Below are positions 39,001 to 52,554 of a stretch of DNA of 64,000 nucleotides, in pieces. The position numbers and the translations under genes were made by a program. The notes under the pieces are model-generated. The model saw only the letters and a program-made list of their open reading frames with translations. It made no database searches and was not told the origin of the DNA. Source of the stretch: Rhina ancylostomus (taxonomy: Eukaryota); contig JARFYF010000029.1 in assembly GCA_030265395.1 (NCBI GenBank), positions 13,594,628 through 13,658,627 of the forward strand. The letters run 5' to 3'. Each line of letters starts with the position of its first letter. Within the stretch, counting starts at the first letter, position 1.

Positions 39001-40492
39001 TCAATTAAACATTGTCAAGTACTTAAATTATTGATTGCAGTGAATAATACCTCCTATGAATAGCATAATAAAGTTTGCTTTATTTGAAACTCCAGCATGT
39101 AGCCCTAACAAGACTCCTGTCACAAACCATTATTTAAGCCTGCAACACATGGACACGGACAGAATCCACAAAACAGTTTTCAGGTTGGTTTTCAGTTTGC
39201 TTTTGATCTTGGTGATGCTGGATGGAAGCCTGTCCATTCTTAATTGCCACGATAAGTTGTTGATGGGACTTTTCCACAGACCACTACAATCTTTGTGGTG
39301 ATGGTCTCCACTATTTAGTTAGAGAATTCAGGAATATTGACTACAAGTGTGCATTTCAGATCAAATGATGTGCAACTTGGGAAATTTAGAAATGATACTG
39401 TTTCAAAAACATTGCAGCTCTCATCCTTGCCCTTCGAAGCGACACTGGTAGAGATAGGTGATTAATATCTGAACGTTACCAAATTGTTTCCATGCAAATC
39501 ATTCAGAAAACTTTGACTACATTTAGCTGATAATAGCATAAATAAGCTGAGACCCAAAACATCCGCTGATCTAACCATTTAGCATTGTTATCCATGCTCT
39601 TGATGGAGATCCTGCTACTGAAAATGCCTGTTTAAAATGGGCTGTTCTTATGTCAGCTGAAAGCCATTAATGTTAACTGTACGGGCATGGTCTATGTTGT
39701 ATGTTCTGGCATTTTTTTTTATTGCTCTGTTCATCTTGATCTGAAACAGCTGGTGTTTTATTGGAAAATATGCACTAATTGATATCAGCCTGCAGATTAT
39801 GGCCAAACCTNNNNNNNNNNNNNNNNNNNNNNNNNNNNNNNNNNNNNNNNNNNNNNNNNNNNNNNNNNNNAGGTTGGTCTTGCAGCTGGGCCATCTTCAG
39901 CTTGCTGCCTGTGAGGGATCGGTTGGTTCACATTGAACTTAAACCGGTTCACGCTGATTTAAGATGAAAATATGTCTGAATGTGTGCCCCTGACACTATG
40001 TTTTGCCTGATTACCTTGATTGAGAAAATGATATTTCGAGAACAATCAGAACCAACGCATTGTACCAAACCTTAAATTTTGGTGAAGGACTCTGACAGGA
40101 ATGTTTAGCACACATACATGGGAATAGCCATTAGATTGCTCGCACACACCTGTCATAAGCAATGGTGGCCACTTCATTCCTTGGAGGATGATGCTGCTCA
40201 AACAGAAAGCAGTGAGCAGAATTGGAAGAAGGCTCTGATGCTCCATAAATTGGAATGCTTTTCACTTAATAATATTGGGTATCCTTGGGACTGAGAATTA
40301 TAGAGTCACCAGGCAAAATGATGCAAGAAAGTTCCTCTTCTCTGTGGTCTGAAAACATACTACTACTGCCAATGCACTCGCTCTCACACACAGATGTGAT
40401 CTAGTACAAGACGTGCAGTAGATTGCCGACAACTCTTTCTTAACTTGTGTTCAGATATAAATTACTTATGCACACAGATGCAACACTTTTTT

Positions 40493-40700
40493 TCCTTGGA
40501 GCATAGGAAGCTAAGGGGTGGTACAATTATAATGTTTAAAAGGCATTTTAAAAGGCAGGTACGTAGGTAGAAAAGGTTTAGAGGGATATGGGCCAAATGC
40601 AGGCAAATGGGACTAGCTCAGGTCGGCAATTTGGTTGGCATGGATGAGTTGGGCCAAAGGACCTGTTTCCGTGCTGTATAACTACACGACTCTATGACTC
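40493..40700 (+). mobile_element. CR1 (HER1-like) 3' end
   Basis: ggtttagagggatatgggccaaatgcaggcaaatgggactagc…gggccaaaggacctgtttccgtgctgtata…gactctatgactc; matches 49340-49455. Confidence 0.85.
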
Positions 40701-41029
40701 AGCATGGTTAACTTTGATCTGTCAGTCTAATGAAAGCTGCGAGTTCACCAAAGCTTTCAATTGCATATTGCATCATGACTGCCTGCTCTGATAAAGTAAT
40801 GGCAGGAGAGGCCCTGAGTGCTTAAAGGTTGGACAGGAGACTGAGGATCCATGGGTTAAAAGGCAGCACAAGGGACAGAGGTTTCAAGTGTTAAAAGGCA
40901 GCATGGAATACAGGCCACATGGATTTAAGGGGACTTGGAGGTTCTGGGGCTTAAAGGGAGCTATGGTGATAACTCAGCTGCCAGTCATTCAGCCTGCAGC
41001 CTAGGCTAGACCCCCAGAACCTTCCACAG

Positions 41030-41460
41030 AGCCACTTCTGTAGTCTTGTCCTTGCTGCCATCAGCATATCATGATCTCTTGGTGTTCAGACTATTGATGC
41101 ACTGATTGGAACTTCACGATTGTGCCCATGTTATTGCCCAGTTAGCAATAGGCACCATGTATATCATGATTATAGGCACAGCCAGTTTCTGAGCAACTTT
41201 CAGCTGTTTCTTAATATCGTTTTACCTGATCAGATGAAATGCAACTAGAGCACTCCACCTCTCAAGAAGGGCAACATACTGGATTTCATCACAAGTTGTG
41301 CTAGATATGTTGGTTGAAATCAAATGGTAGTGGATGATGGAAGTCTGAAAAGTTGCAGATGTCCGGGGATATGAGTGTCTCTAGAAGTGGCTGAGATGCC
41401 AGACCAGCTCAGTTGTGATTGCAGATCACCCATTGAGAATGCCATTCCTCTTCCAGTGAT
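41030..41460 (-). mobile_element. Possible very old LINE RT remnant (RTE-like)
   Basis: Only a YAD-like motif (tatgctgatgg on -) and a weak QG-motif remnant. Confidence 0.25.
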
Positions 41461-41699
41461 TGCTTATTCAGAAGTCACATGGATTTAAAGGTAGCATAGG
41501 AGAGAGATGAATGAAGCCAAGGTTGGTCATGTCCCTGTGGGATGTCCTGCTGCTCAAGCTCTGCCCTGGACTGAGGTGAGCAGTGGGGAGGGAGATCGAT
41601 TGGATGGACTTGCACCTGAGCCCCAGGTCATTCCCACACAGGCTCAGACATCAGGAACAGTTGTCCCACAATGGGATCCTCGCTGCCTGTTCTGTTCTG

Positions 41700-41900
41700 T
41701 ATGGAATTAGAAGCTAAGTGCATTTTAGTCAAATGTTTTTTTCCAGTAAAATTGATTGAGGGATAAATGTTGTTCAACACTTTAGGAATAACATTCTGAT
41801 CTGTCAAAGTAGTGCCTTGAGATTGTTTTTGTATTGACCTGAGGTGGGGGGGTGGCTTTGTTTATAGACCAGATTGTGCAGTTTTATACCAAACTCTCCG
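41700..41900 (-). mobile_element. Deu-SINE core fragment
   Basis: ttgattgagggataaatgttg…aagtagtgccttgagattgtttttgtattgacctgag. Confidence 0.6.
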
Positions 41901-44900
41901 TTGTTCAATGTGTTTTCAACTTCTGTATGGGGATTGTAGCACAGAAGTCGAAGATGTTTCTATTTCATTTTTCATGGCACGGGCAATACAGGCGAGGCCA
42001 GCATCAACAGCCCTCGATGAGCCACTTGCTTCAAGCTCTGTTGTCTTCCTGGTGAGGGTAGGGTTCCAGGACTGGACCTATTGGCCATGAAGAAAAGGTG
42101 ATACATTTTCAAATGTGCGAATTGAAGGGAACTTGCAGATGGCAGCATTTCCTTGTCCTTGCTGTCCTTGAGTTAGATGGTTGGGGAGGTGATAGCAAAA
42201 CAAAACCCTGATAAGTTGCTGCAGTGCATTTTGTGGTTGCTGGCCACAGACATGCTGGTAGTGGGAGAGATGAATGTTTCAATCAGGTAGGGAGTGCAAT
42301 CACTACTAGGTAGGAATGTGTTGGGCAGCATTTCCACTGATATGAAACATTAGCAGGAGGGGTTGGATAGAAAGCATGAGTCACGATATCTATGAATTCA
42401 GATTACTTAGGTACATCCAAATATTTCAGTGCAGTGAATTTCAGAAGGGACTAAACTCTGGGGTTTAGTTGGCAGCTTTAAGCATTCCATCTGCAGGTTT
42501 CAAAGTGGTCTGGCACCAGAATGATTCCTTTCTGTCTGCTTGTCTCCAGGCAACAGAGGACACCAAGTTGATAACAATTCTCTGTTGCTGTCCTTGCTCC
42601 ATGATTTTGCCAGACAAACATAAAAACACTGAAGTCTCCAGTAAGATAATCATAAGAAACTCAAGCTGGTATCTAAGGTTAGAAACATTCCAGATATTGG
42701 CACAGATGTATTAAATAGTAATAATGTGGTTGTTAACATGTTAGACATCTTGTTAGGAGTATATAGGTGCTGGTGAGATGTTGAACTGATTATGTAGGGT
42801 CCTTAACTTGTGACTATCACTGTTCCAGAAATCTTTAAAAAAAAATTCTTTTCTTAAATACCAGCATTTCATTTAAAATTTAAGATTAAGGTAGATGGTT
42901 CTCTATTAAAAGCGACATGGGAAGATATTATCTTTAGTTCCCTCCTGGTTACTTTATTACTGCTTGCTGCTGTGAAAACAGGTTACCCCTCATTCCCCAT
43001 TTTTGAGACCATTCCCTCAGTCCCTTTCCCATCATTATCCTTTAAACGCTGACATTTTCTCATTATTTTTATTGTGGCCTTGTTTTCTTTCACTGAAATT
43101 TCTGGCCTAGGCAAAGCATTCCACTGAGTCTAATTTGTGACCTTTGCTCTGGCTGGGGGGAAGGGCAAGTTTGTTTCTCTTTATGCACATGCTTTCCTTT
43201 TTGACAACCATTTCTTTCATTTGAAACAATTCTGCTTCCATTTGGAATTCTTGTTGTGAGTTTTATTTGGTGGTAAAAACACTAGCTTGTCTCTCACCAT
43301 ATGTTATCATTTTCTGTTTACTACATTCCACACAGCCACACTTTTTCTTGCACTAATTTATTTTGTGATATTCCTCAAAGGGCATAATCTGTTCTCCAGT
43401 ACCATGTCCAATTGTGTGCTCTTTGTGAGAGCTGAAACAGTTAACACTGACGTGATTAATCAGTGGGGACTAGCTCAGATAAACATGCTTTGATTTTGCT
43501 ATCATATCTCTGGTTTACTAGCACAGGTCATATGGATAGTTATCAGGGACAGGAAGTCTGACTGTTTTCTTTCCCCTCTTCCGAGTTCAAAGATGTCACA
43601 GTTATTGGTAGCCTCCCGACAAATTGCAGTACTGGTGTGAGAGAATTAGCCTTGGATCTTGCCCCTGCAGACAATGCAGTCATCTGCCAATGTACCTTGT
43701 GTACCAAGGGTACCTCGTGTTCTTTCAGAAGAAAGATATAGCAAAACTGCTATAAGCCTATTCCAGAAATAAAACCAAATTTAATAATATTGAAGGAATT
43801 TAAATAATTGACTTTTGAAAATAATTCCACTGAAATTGCATGAATTATTGTGATGACAGTGGAGAATCATTAGTGAAAGAAAAATATTGCATCTTTGTGT
43901 ACCTGACTAATCAGCAGCTTGTTGGTGTCTTTCTCAGTGGGTTAGCACAAGGATGCAAGGTCTTCGCTTTCTTAAGCCAGTAAGACATTATGCACTAACC
44001 TAAGATTGGGTTTGAACTGTTTTTTTTTCAGGCAAAAGGCAGCCTTCCTGATGATTCAGGTTTTATGTTAGTGAGATGTCAACTTATCTGGATGGATAAT
44101 AGAGTGATAACCTTTCAAAATCCTGCTGCCCTTTCATGCCCGACAAAATATACTACCTTAATAAGCAGAAAGTTATGTTTATGGACAGGATAGCAAGAAA
44201 GGCATAGTCAGTATGTGCTTGGTATTTGTAATCCTCTGGACTGGTTTCAATCAACAAAGAATGACGTCTAAATTGACAACCCACGATGAGGACACTGGCG
44301 GCTTCCAACCCCCTTCTATCTCCTTTCAGCTTTCTTGTTTGGGAGGTGAACTGGTGCAAGGATCTGGTGATCAGGAGTATGGGACCAATTTCTTTCATGG
44401 TCATCTCACGGGTAGAATGGTAGCATGGTGTGGGGCTGGGGTTTCTTTGGATGAATTGCCTAAAATTTAGGTATTCATGAAAATCCATTCTGATCAGCAT
44501 TGGCAGATTTATGAGCAGCCTGGTCTAGCAGAGAATTTCTGGTTAAGAGGTCCCCTTTATTAGAAATGGAGGCAAATGTGTGCACATCACCATCATCTGG
44601 ATGAGAGAACACTTCTTCAGGACCATTAAACAAGGAACAAAGAAAGCTTTCTCCTTGTAATTGTATCAGAAGATGGGCTATTTAGTAGAAATGCCGGACT
44701 GAACCTGCTTCTAATCAAATCAATTAAATCCCCATTTCTCAGCTGATTTCAGTCAAATGGTTTACATGTTGTTGTTGTCTTTTGCGGTGTCTGGAATGAG
44801 TTGAGATACAACAGTTCAGGCAGTGATGACTTTGACTGCCACTGGCAATGATATCTATAAGGTGGAGGTTTTTGCATCCATCAGGTTTCTGCAGATTAAA

Positions 44901-46954
44901 CATCTGTCTTAGTTCTCTGGTGAGGTGTAGCTTAAAAATACAGACTTCTGTGCATATGCTCAGGAAGATGAACCAAGATGCAAGGAAGCATAACTGATGA
45001 CAATCCTGCTTCAGAAAATACTTCAAAAAGCAAGGAGCTATGATTGGGATTCTCATCATTAGAGTGGGTTGTTGGGAAAGTTAATATTGTTGATGAAAAT
45101 CTGGAGGCAAATACCTATTTTCTGGTGAGGGGTGGCAGGGATGGAGGAGGGTATGACACAAAATAAATTAAAAAGGCATTAAATAATACACTGTCGTGAT
45201 GTCAAATGTGATCCAAGTATGTGACGTTTTAAGAAGAGGCTTTACCAGTTCAGAATAGTTTTCTTTACATGGACAAACTGTGCCCATAATACAGGTCAAA
45301 TGGCCCAAGATAATTTCAACATGATTTCAATAATGAAATAACAATTTTATCTATTTTGGTTAAAATACTGTAGAGCATGATCCCTGCAAGATTATGTATG
45401 ATTAATAATGGGAAAAGGTGACTTCTCTCTAATTTCCTTTGATGTTTGACATTTCCACAACTCACCTGGAAAAATAACTGTTGGGCGATCTTGGCTATAT
45501 TGCATTTTCCCAATTGTCCTGATAGAAACCAATAGTTTAGAAACTGGTTTAGGCATGAATACAAATATATTACAGGTATGTAATTTTTGAGCTGCTTGGA
45601 GAATGGAAATTGACTTTTAAGCATGATTTTATGAATTATAATAAAAAAATTGAACTTTCTCAGCTTCTGAATTTGGAAGCTCATTACCAGGTGTTTTTTT
45701 TAAAGTGAATGATGAATCTATATTCATTAAAAATGACACCCTGCTATTGCTTTCATGAAAAGTCTGTGAAGAATATGGTTTCATGTCTTTCAAATGATTT
45801 TAGCACTGCAAAAAGCATTAAGAGAAAGCACTATGAACTGAAAACACTTAAAAATTTTTAACATTGCTAAATGTCAGCTAAAATATCCTTACAATTTAGA
45901 GAATTATTTTTTCTTCAGCAAGTCTCTATTCAGATAAGGTTTCATGGGGGAAAAAAAACACAAGCAAATATTTCAATCCCATCATGGGTATTCAGGGGCA
46001 AAGACCTAATAATTACTTTCAAATAACTTGTGAATAGATGTTGACCTTGTGAAGAAGACTCAAACCCTCGGGCTCTTCCTTCATCCTCTCCAGCTCCTCC
46101 CATCAGCCCAGTTTAGCAGGCAACAAATATTATACTGCGGAGTGCAATTTTATATGAAAGGGAATTTAGTTGAACAAATGAATTGAATTTCACAGATTGC
46201 CGTGAAATGCATGGCTTAATCCCAGTGCAATGAAAGTGATTTTAGTTGAGAGGGTTGAGGGAGAAGCTGTAGAAAGTAAGAGAAAAGAAACTAAAGGAAG
46301 AGAGAACAGTTAAGATTCCAATTAAAGTAGTATTTGGATGTCTGTGTGCAAAGCCTGTCACAGCATGTTGAACAAATTTGAGGATTAAGTTCACTGGCCA
46401 GCATTTTGTACCTATTGTATTTGTGCTAGTCCTCGTTTGGAATGGTAATACTTTATTTTAGACTGGTTTTGTCAGAACCTTCTGAATCATTTCAACTATT
46501 TTAGATAAGCTATGTCAGAAATTGCAATGAGGCAAAAGAACATGGAAGATGAGGGTTTCTTCATATGTAATCATGGATTTTGCATTCAGCATCTGCCAAC
46601 CCGATAAGATTGCTATGTGTAGTTTAGGAGAGGGTACAGCATTTTTACAGTAAATTTATATGGGATATTGGTGACCCCCACATTATAGCCATTCAGTTTA
46701 CGTGAATTCACCCTAACAGAATGTGCAAATCACTACCCAAAAGTATGAGTTATGGAATAAGATTCACTCTCACAGAAATTATGTGACGATAAAAAGTTTT
46801 AAATGAGAACAAAATTTATTTGTCTTCAACTTGTATTTCTTGATAAATGCACAGACGATGCAGCTTTGCATTATGGAAAATCTTGATATGGGCCGTTTTC
46901 TAGGAACGTAGCTCCCCGTAATGAGGGGGGGAGGTCACCTGTACATGAACATAG

Positions 46955-47280
46955 TGGACTAACAGCAAAAGATTCCGAGCCATGAGTTTCGATGGTTGCA
47001 AATCCCATCATGGCAGGTGGAAAATTCAAATTCGGGTAATTAAATCCGAAGTAACCAAAAAATGCTATTTGCAGTAACAGCAACCATGAAATTACTGGAT
47101 CTTATTAAAAACTTGCCTGTTTTAACAAAGGAAATCTACCCTCCGTATCCACTTTGGACTAGGTGTGTCTCTTGCCACACCACTATAGTTGACTCTTAAC
47201 AGCATACTCATTTAATGATGGACAATAAATGCCGGTGTTGACAGCAATGTTCGCACCCCATAACGAACAAATAAAAAAAA
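46955..47280 (+). mobile_element. SINE with CR1-like LINE-derived tail and A-rich end
   Basis: B-box-like ggttgcaaatccc; tail gatggacaataaatgccggtgttgacagcaatgttcgcaccc similar to 63885-63930; ends aataaaaaaaa. Confidence 0.65.
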
Positions 47281-47751
47281 TAGTACTGGCTTCTTTCAAT
47301 TATTCATCATCAAGAGCAGGAGTATATAAAGCAATAAGTGGCCAATAGTTTTAAGGAAAAATGGATATGCAAGCATGAAAAGAGGACAAGAACTTTTAAA
47401 AGAGGTTTTAAATTGTATAGTATTTTCAGAATATATAAACAATTTTCTCCAGATGACGAGTCAGTTATATCAGACTATCAGTTTAAAATTGTAACTGAGA
47501 ATAGGAGAAAATGGTGGAAGGAATGCTTAAGTTAAGAAATGGCAGCAGCAGAGGTCATGGTGTCTTTATTTAGGGGAGAGAGCACTGAATGAGTTGTATA
47601 ACTCTGTAGCAAAGAGGCTGCGTAGAAGCATTGTCAAGTGGTCTCTTCTAATGGCACAAACATCTACAGCTCAAAGGTTCCATAAAAGTCACAATGTTCC
47701 TCTCAAATCCACTTTGCCTTGGTGCATTATTATATTGTGGACTAACAACTG

Positions 47752-48028
47752 AGGTGTACTGGCGTAACACTATTACAGCGCCAGCGACCCGGGTTCAATT
47801 CCAGCCGCTCTCTTAAGGAGTTTGTACGTTTTCCCAATGTCTGCGTGGGTTTCCTCCCACATTCCAAAAGACGTATGGGTTAGGAAGTCGTGGGCATGGT
47901 ATGTTGGCGCCAGAAGCGTGGTGACACTTGCAAAACACCTCCAGAACACTCGTGGTGACACTTCCAGAACACACTACATAAAAGATGTGTGTTTCAACGT
48001 ACATGTGACTAATAAAGATATCCTATCT
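47752..48028 (+). mobile_element. V-SINE with alternative (Rex1-like) tail
   Basis: Head ctattacagcgccagcgacccgggttcaattcc as in 2241/10783; 3' end gtacatgtgactaataaagatatcctatct. Confidence 0.8.
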
Positions 48029-48094
48029 AATATTCCTTCGAAAAAGCTCTGGGGTTTTAAAGTCTTCCAAAGTGTTACATGGATAATCCATATA

Positions 48095-49650
48095 AATTTA
48101 TTAAATAAGTGAGATGGAAAGTTGGGCAGAGCAGTAGCAGGTGGGATTTAACCCTGGCAAGTGTGAGCTGATGCATTTTGGGAAGTGAAATAGGAGTGTG
48201 CCATAGATAATAAATGGTAGGGTGCTAAGGAATATTGACAAATGGAGGGACTTGAGGTCCATTGTTTCCTGAAAGTGGCAAGTAAATAGGGTGGTGAAGA
48301 AGGCATATAGAATGCTTGCCATTATGGGTCAGGGCATAGAATATAAAAGTTAGGATGTTATGTTGCAACTTTACCAAACACTGGTTAGACTGCATGCAGT
48401 ACTGTGTGCAGTTCTGTTCACCACTCTATAGGAAGGATGAGTGTGTGCTGGAGAAAGTGCAGAGGAGATTCAGCAGAAGACACAAAAGTAGGTGGTACAG
48501 TGGAGAATGAAGAAGTTTATCAAAAATTACAGAGGGATCTTGATAACCTGAGTGAGTGGGCCGAGGAATGGCAAATGGGGTTTCATTTGGATGTGCGAGG
48601 TGTTTCATTTTGGAAAGTCAAATCCAGGTAGGACTTTCATAGATAACAGCAGGGCCCTGGGGAGTGCTGTAGAATAGAGGGACCTTGGAGTACAAGTACA
48701 TGGGCCACTGAAAGTGGAGTCACGGGTAGACAGGGTGGAGAAGAAGGTCTTTTGTATGCTGGCCTTCAAAAGTCAGGATATTGAGTATAAAAGTTGGGAG
48801 ATCATGGTGCAGTTTTACAGGATGCTGGTGAGACCTCATTTAGAGTATTGTGTTCAGCTTTGGTCACCCTGCTATAGGAAAGATGTTATTGAACTGGAAA
48901 GAGTGCAGAAAGATTTACAAGGATGCTGCAGGACTTGATGGACTGAGTTATAGGGAGAGGTTGAACAGGCTATGACCTTATTCTTAAGAGCACAGGAGAC
49001 TGAGAGGTCATCTTTTAGAGGTGTATAAAATCATGAGGATCATCATNNNNNNNNNNNNNNNNNNNNNNNNNNNNNNNNNNNNNNNNNNNNNNNNNNNNNN
49101 NNNNNNNNNNNNNNNNNNNNNNNNNNNNNNNNNNNNNNNNNNNNNNTCATCATTAGGGTTGGGGTGTCAAAATCTAGAGGGCATAGGTTTAAGCTGAGAG
49201 GGGAAAGATTTAAGAGGAACTTGAGAGGCAACTTTTCACAAAGTGTGGTATCTATGTGGAATCAGCTGCTGGAGGAAATGGTTGAAGCAGGTACAATAAT
49301 AACTTTTAAAAGACTGTTGGACAGATATATGGATTGGAAAGGTTTAGAAGGTTATGGGCCAAACCCTGACAAATGGGACTAGCTTAGATGGGGCATCTCG
49401 GTTGGCATGGACCAGTTGGGCTGAAGGGCCTATTTCCATGCTGCATGACTTTATGACCAGGGTGTTGCCTCAGATGAAAAACTTTAGTCATAGATAGAGT
49501 GGCTGGCTTGTTTTTCATGGAGCACAAAAGATTGAGGCATAGAAAGGGTAGACAGTCAGAATCACTTTCCCATAATAAAGCTATCAAAAACAAAAGGGCA
49601 TAGATTTAGGGTGAGAGGAGGAATTTTAAAGGTGATTTGAGGAGAAAGTT
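48095..49650 (+). mobile_element. Older CR1 fragment (48095-48471 and 49458-49650) split by a younger CR1
   Basis: Breaks at gtgcagaggagattca and resumes at ccagggtgttgcct, consistent with QRRFTRMLP. Confidence 0.75.
48472..49457 (+). mobile_element. Younger 5'-truncated CR1 (HER1-like)
   Basis: EDTKVGGTV…LQRDLDNLSEWAEEWQM, LVRPHLEYCVQLWSP, SRGHRFKLRGERFK; ends in the atgactttatgac tail. Confidence 0.9.
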
Positions 49651-49654
49651 TCCA

Positions 49655-50220
49655 GTGCTATCACGTACTTCTGATAGTGTGGCAATGATACAGTACACAG
49701 TAGACTAGCTATGGCCTAACTCATGTTTCATAAAGCTGTGCCATAACCCCCCTGCTCTTATATTCTATGTCCTGGTTAACGATGGGAAGTATCCCATATG
49801 CCTTGTTAACCACCTTATATACATGTGTTGTCACCTTCAGAGAATCTTGGACTTGTACACTCTGTTCAAGTGGTCTCTCTGATCCTCAGTACACTTTGGG
49901 GTCCCATTGTGTATGTCCTACCCATGTCAGTCCTTCTGGAGCATCACCTCACACTTATCAGGATTAAATTTCATCTGCCATTGCTCTGCCTATCTCACCA
50001 ACTGATCAACATCATCCTGCAACTTTCCTATCACAACACTATTGATTTACATCTCATCTGCAAACTTACTAATCATACCTCATACATTCATACTAAATCA
50101 TTAATGTATATAACAGTAAGGATGCCAGCACTCTTATCTGTAGTATACCACAGGTCACTAGCTTCTAATCACAAAAACAATCCTCCACCATTACTCTCTG
50201 CCATCTATTACCAAACCAAT
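49655..50220 (-). mobile_element. CR1 ORF2 fragment, antisense
   Basis: Reverse of the same RT region: ISKFADE (agtaagtttgcagatgag), QWQMKFN, ggtggttaacaaggcatatggg. Confidence 0.75.
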
Positions 50221-50814
50221 GCAAGATTTCAAGATTTATTGTAAATAATTCTGGCTTGTGAGAAAGATGTTTACAAAGACCAATTCCAGGAACATTTGGT
50301 TTTTAGCTCCTTTCACCCTATCAAGCAATATTGCCAAAATTGAAGACAGACATCCAACAAGATTTTACCCAAAGCAATACTGTGAATAGTGAGAGCACTC
50401 ATGTTTCAAAAGCAGCACTGTGCCCAGAGCTCTGTATGCTGGTTAGAAATCTACCCTTCAAAGTGCAATTCATATGGAGTTTATTTTTGATCAATTTCAT
50501 TCGGTTGCATGAAGAAATAATATAATGTGCAGCAACCAGAGAAGCCCACTGACCAAACCTAAATTATTAACCAATAAACTGGATTTCCCCTTGAAATTGA
50601 TGATCTTAAGTGCTTAATTCAGTACATTGCCAAAATTTGCATCTGTATATTCTGTCTTTTAATGTGTACTTGGTGCTTTACAGGAGCGGAATTGGATTAA
50701 AAAAATCGACACTAAGGTAAAGGAGAAATAGTGGCAATATACCCAAAACTTAGTCAAAGCTCATAAGGACCATCTTAAAAGATATATAAATAAGTGACAC
50801 ACTATTTGGGTACA

Positions 50815-50938
50815 CAGAATCATAGAGTAATGCAGCCCAACTCGTCCATGCCGACCTTGGTACCCACCAAGCTACTCCCATTTGCTGAAATTTGACCCCT
50901 ACCCCTCTACATCCCTTCTATCTTTGTACTTATCCAAA
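50815..50938 (-). mobile_element. CR1 3' tail
   Basis: cagcccaactcgtccatgccgacc…cccatttg…ttatccaaa is the reverse of the tail at 40560-40700. Confidence 0.75.
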
Positions 50939-52264
50939 GTACATGCGAGGATAAACTTAAATTTGCTTGAATACCATTAGCTTAAGCTTGCATACCAATT
51001 TTGGATTTTAAAAAATTACCATCTATTTTTCCCCCTTTTATAGCATTTATTTCACAACTTTAAACAACTTGATTGCAATTCTTGTACGAAACAAATAGAT
51101 ATGCTATAATTCAGCTGTCTCAATACTTTGAATGCCAAGTATTTAATGTGGTTGTAAACAACATTAATTTCAGTAAAGTTAGGGCCTTCTGCCAAGGAAA
51201 CAGTCAAAGAATTGATGGAAATCACTCAAGTGTATGTCCATGTGAAGAGCAAACGACTTCCCTGTCCTTTGTCCCTTGTAGGTTATTGAAGATTATTTCT
51301 GACCAACTTTTCTTGATATAGGAACACTGTATCTTATGCAAGGAGAAAGAGATCAACATTTCTGGAATAGAATATATGGAATGAAAAGTAAATATTGAAA
51401 GCTCATTCCAGCCTGCAACCTTGAGATTTTTGGCTGCAAAGTTTCAGAGTTTAAGATTATAGATCTGTGTGAACAAGGAAACATTTCTATACAGTGAAAA
51501 ATATTGTCTAACAAGCAGGAGACACAAAATTGCCCAACAAAATGCTTTGAAAATAAAACAGGAATCTCTGTCTAGAATTTCCACATCTGAAGCTGTTTAC
51601 TGTCTCGCCAACTATTTTTCACTTTCAAGTTTCTGGTTGGCAACCCTTTTGGAACTTTGTGAGAAATATTTTAAGCAGACAAATTTCTTGTCTCAGGTTG
51701 TAGCACTTAGATGAAACCTGAGCCAAAGTTTACAGATATACTATTATATTTTATGTTTTGCTGACTGCCAGAATGGAAATCTAAAAATATGTGTCAGAGC
51801 GTGACTATGTCATTAAACAAATAAAGAGCCCATGGGATCTGGAGTAAAGTGTTGCTACAGTTCTACCTCTTGGCAGCAGAACTAGGGGCAACTTTATTTT
51901 CCTCTGAGAAATGAAATGAAGTGCAAGTAAGTGCATAACATTTGTATCTAATACACAGCAGAAAAAGTGTTAACTCATGACATTCTGCTGACTCTTGAGT
52001 GCACACTATCGGAATTTTTGGGGAAAAAGTTATTTTGCCACACGGGTTCTTAGATTATTCCCATATTCCTCCTCTAATTCAGGGCTGCTGGATTGTGGAT
52101 TCTGTTGGACCAAATGCACTCCCTTTATTATTAATGAGATTGACACCACATTATCAATGTGATAAGTAACATTCTGTTGCATTACAGCACAATAATTGCA
52201 CAGAAGAGGCATCTTTATGGTTGTGTGACTACGCAAAAAATGCTAGAAAGTCAGAACTCGAGGA

Positions 52265-52484
52265 TGTCATTGAGCCATACACCACAGAAATAGGCCCTTT
52301 GGCCCAACAAGTCCATGCCAGCCATCAGGCACCCATTTATACCAATCCTACATTAATCCCATTTGTCCCCACATTACCATCAAACCGCCCCAGATTCCAC
52401 CACTAACCCTACAGAATTTACAGTGGCTAGCAACCTGCATGTCTTTAGTATGTGGAAGGAAACCAACATGGTCACATGTTGCAA

Positions 52485-52487
<3 letters not shown>
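52265..52487 (-). mobile_element. V-SINE fragment
   Basis: gaaataggccctttggccca…ccaatcctacattaatcc…gcatgtctttagtatgtggaaggaaacc. Confidence 0.7.

Positions 52488-52550
<63 letters not shown>
52488..52550. repeat. (CA)n microsatellite, about 31 units
   Basis: Directly visible. Confidence 0.95.

Positions 52551-52554
<4 letters not shown>

Noticed and set aside
44240-44500. Possible ancient Penelope GIY-YIG remnant on the - strand
   Set aside because: Only vague motif resemblance (LPFY, LIET); cannot be supported without an alignment.
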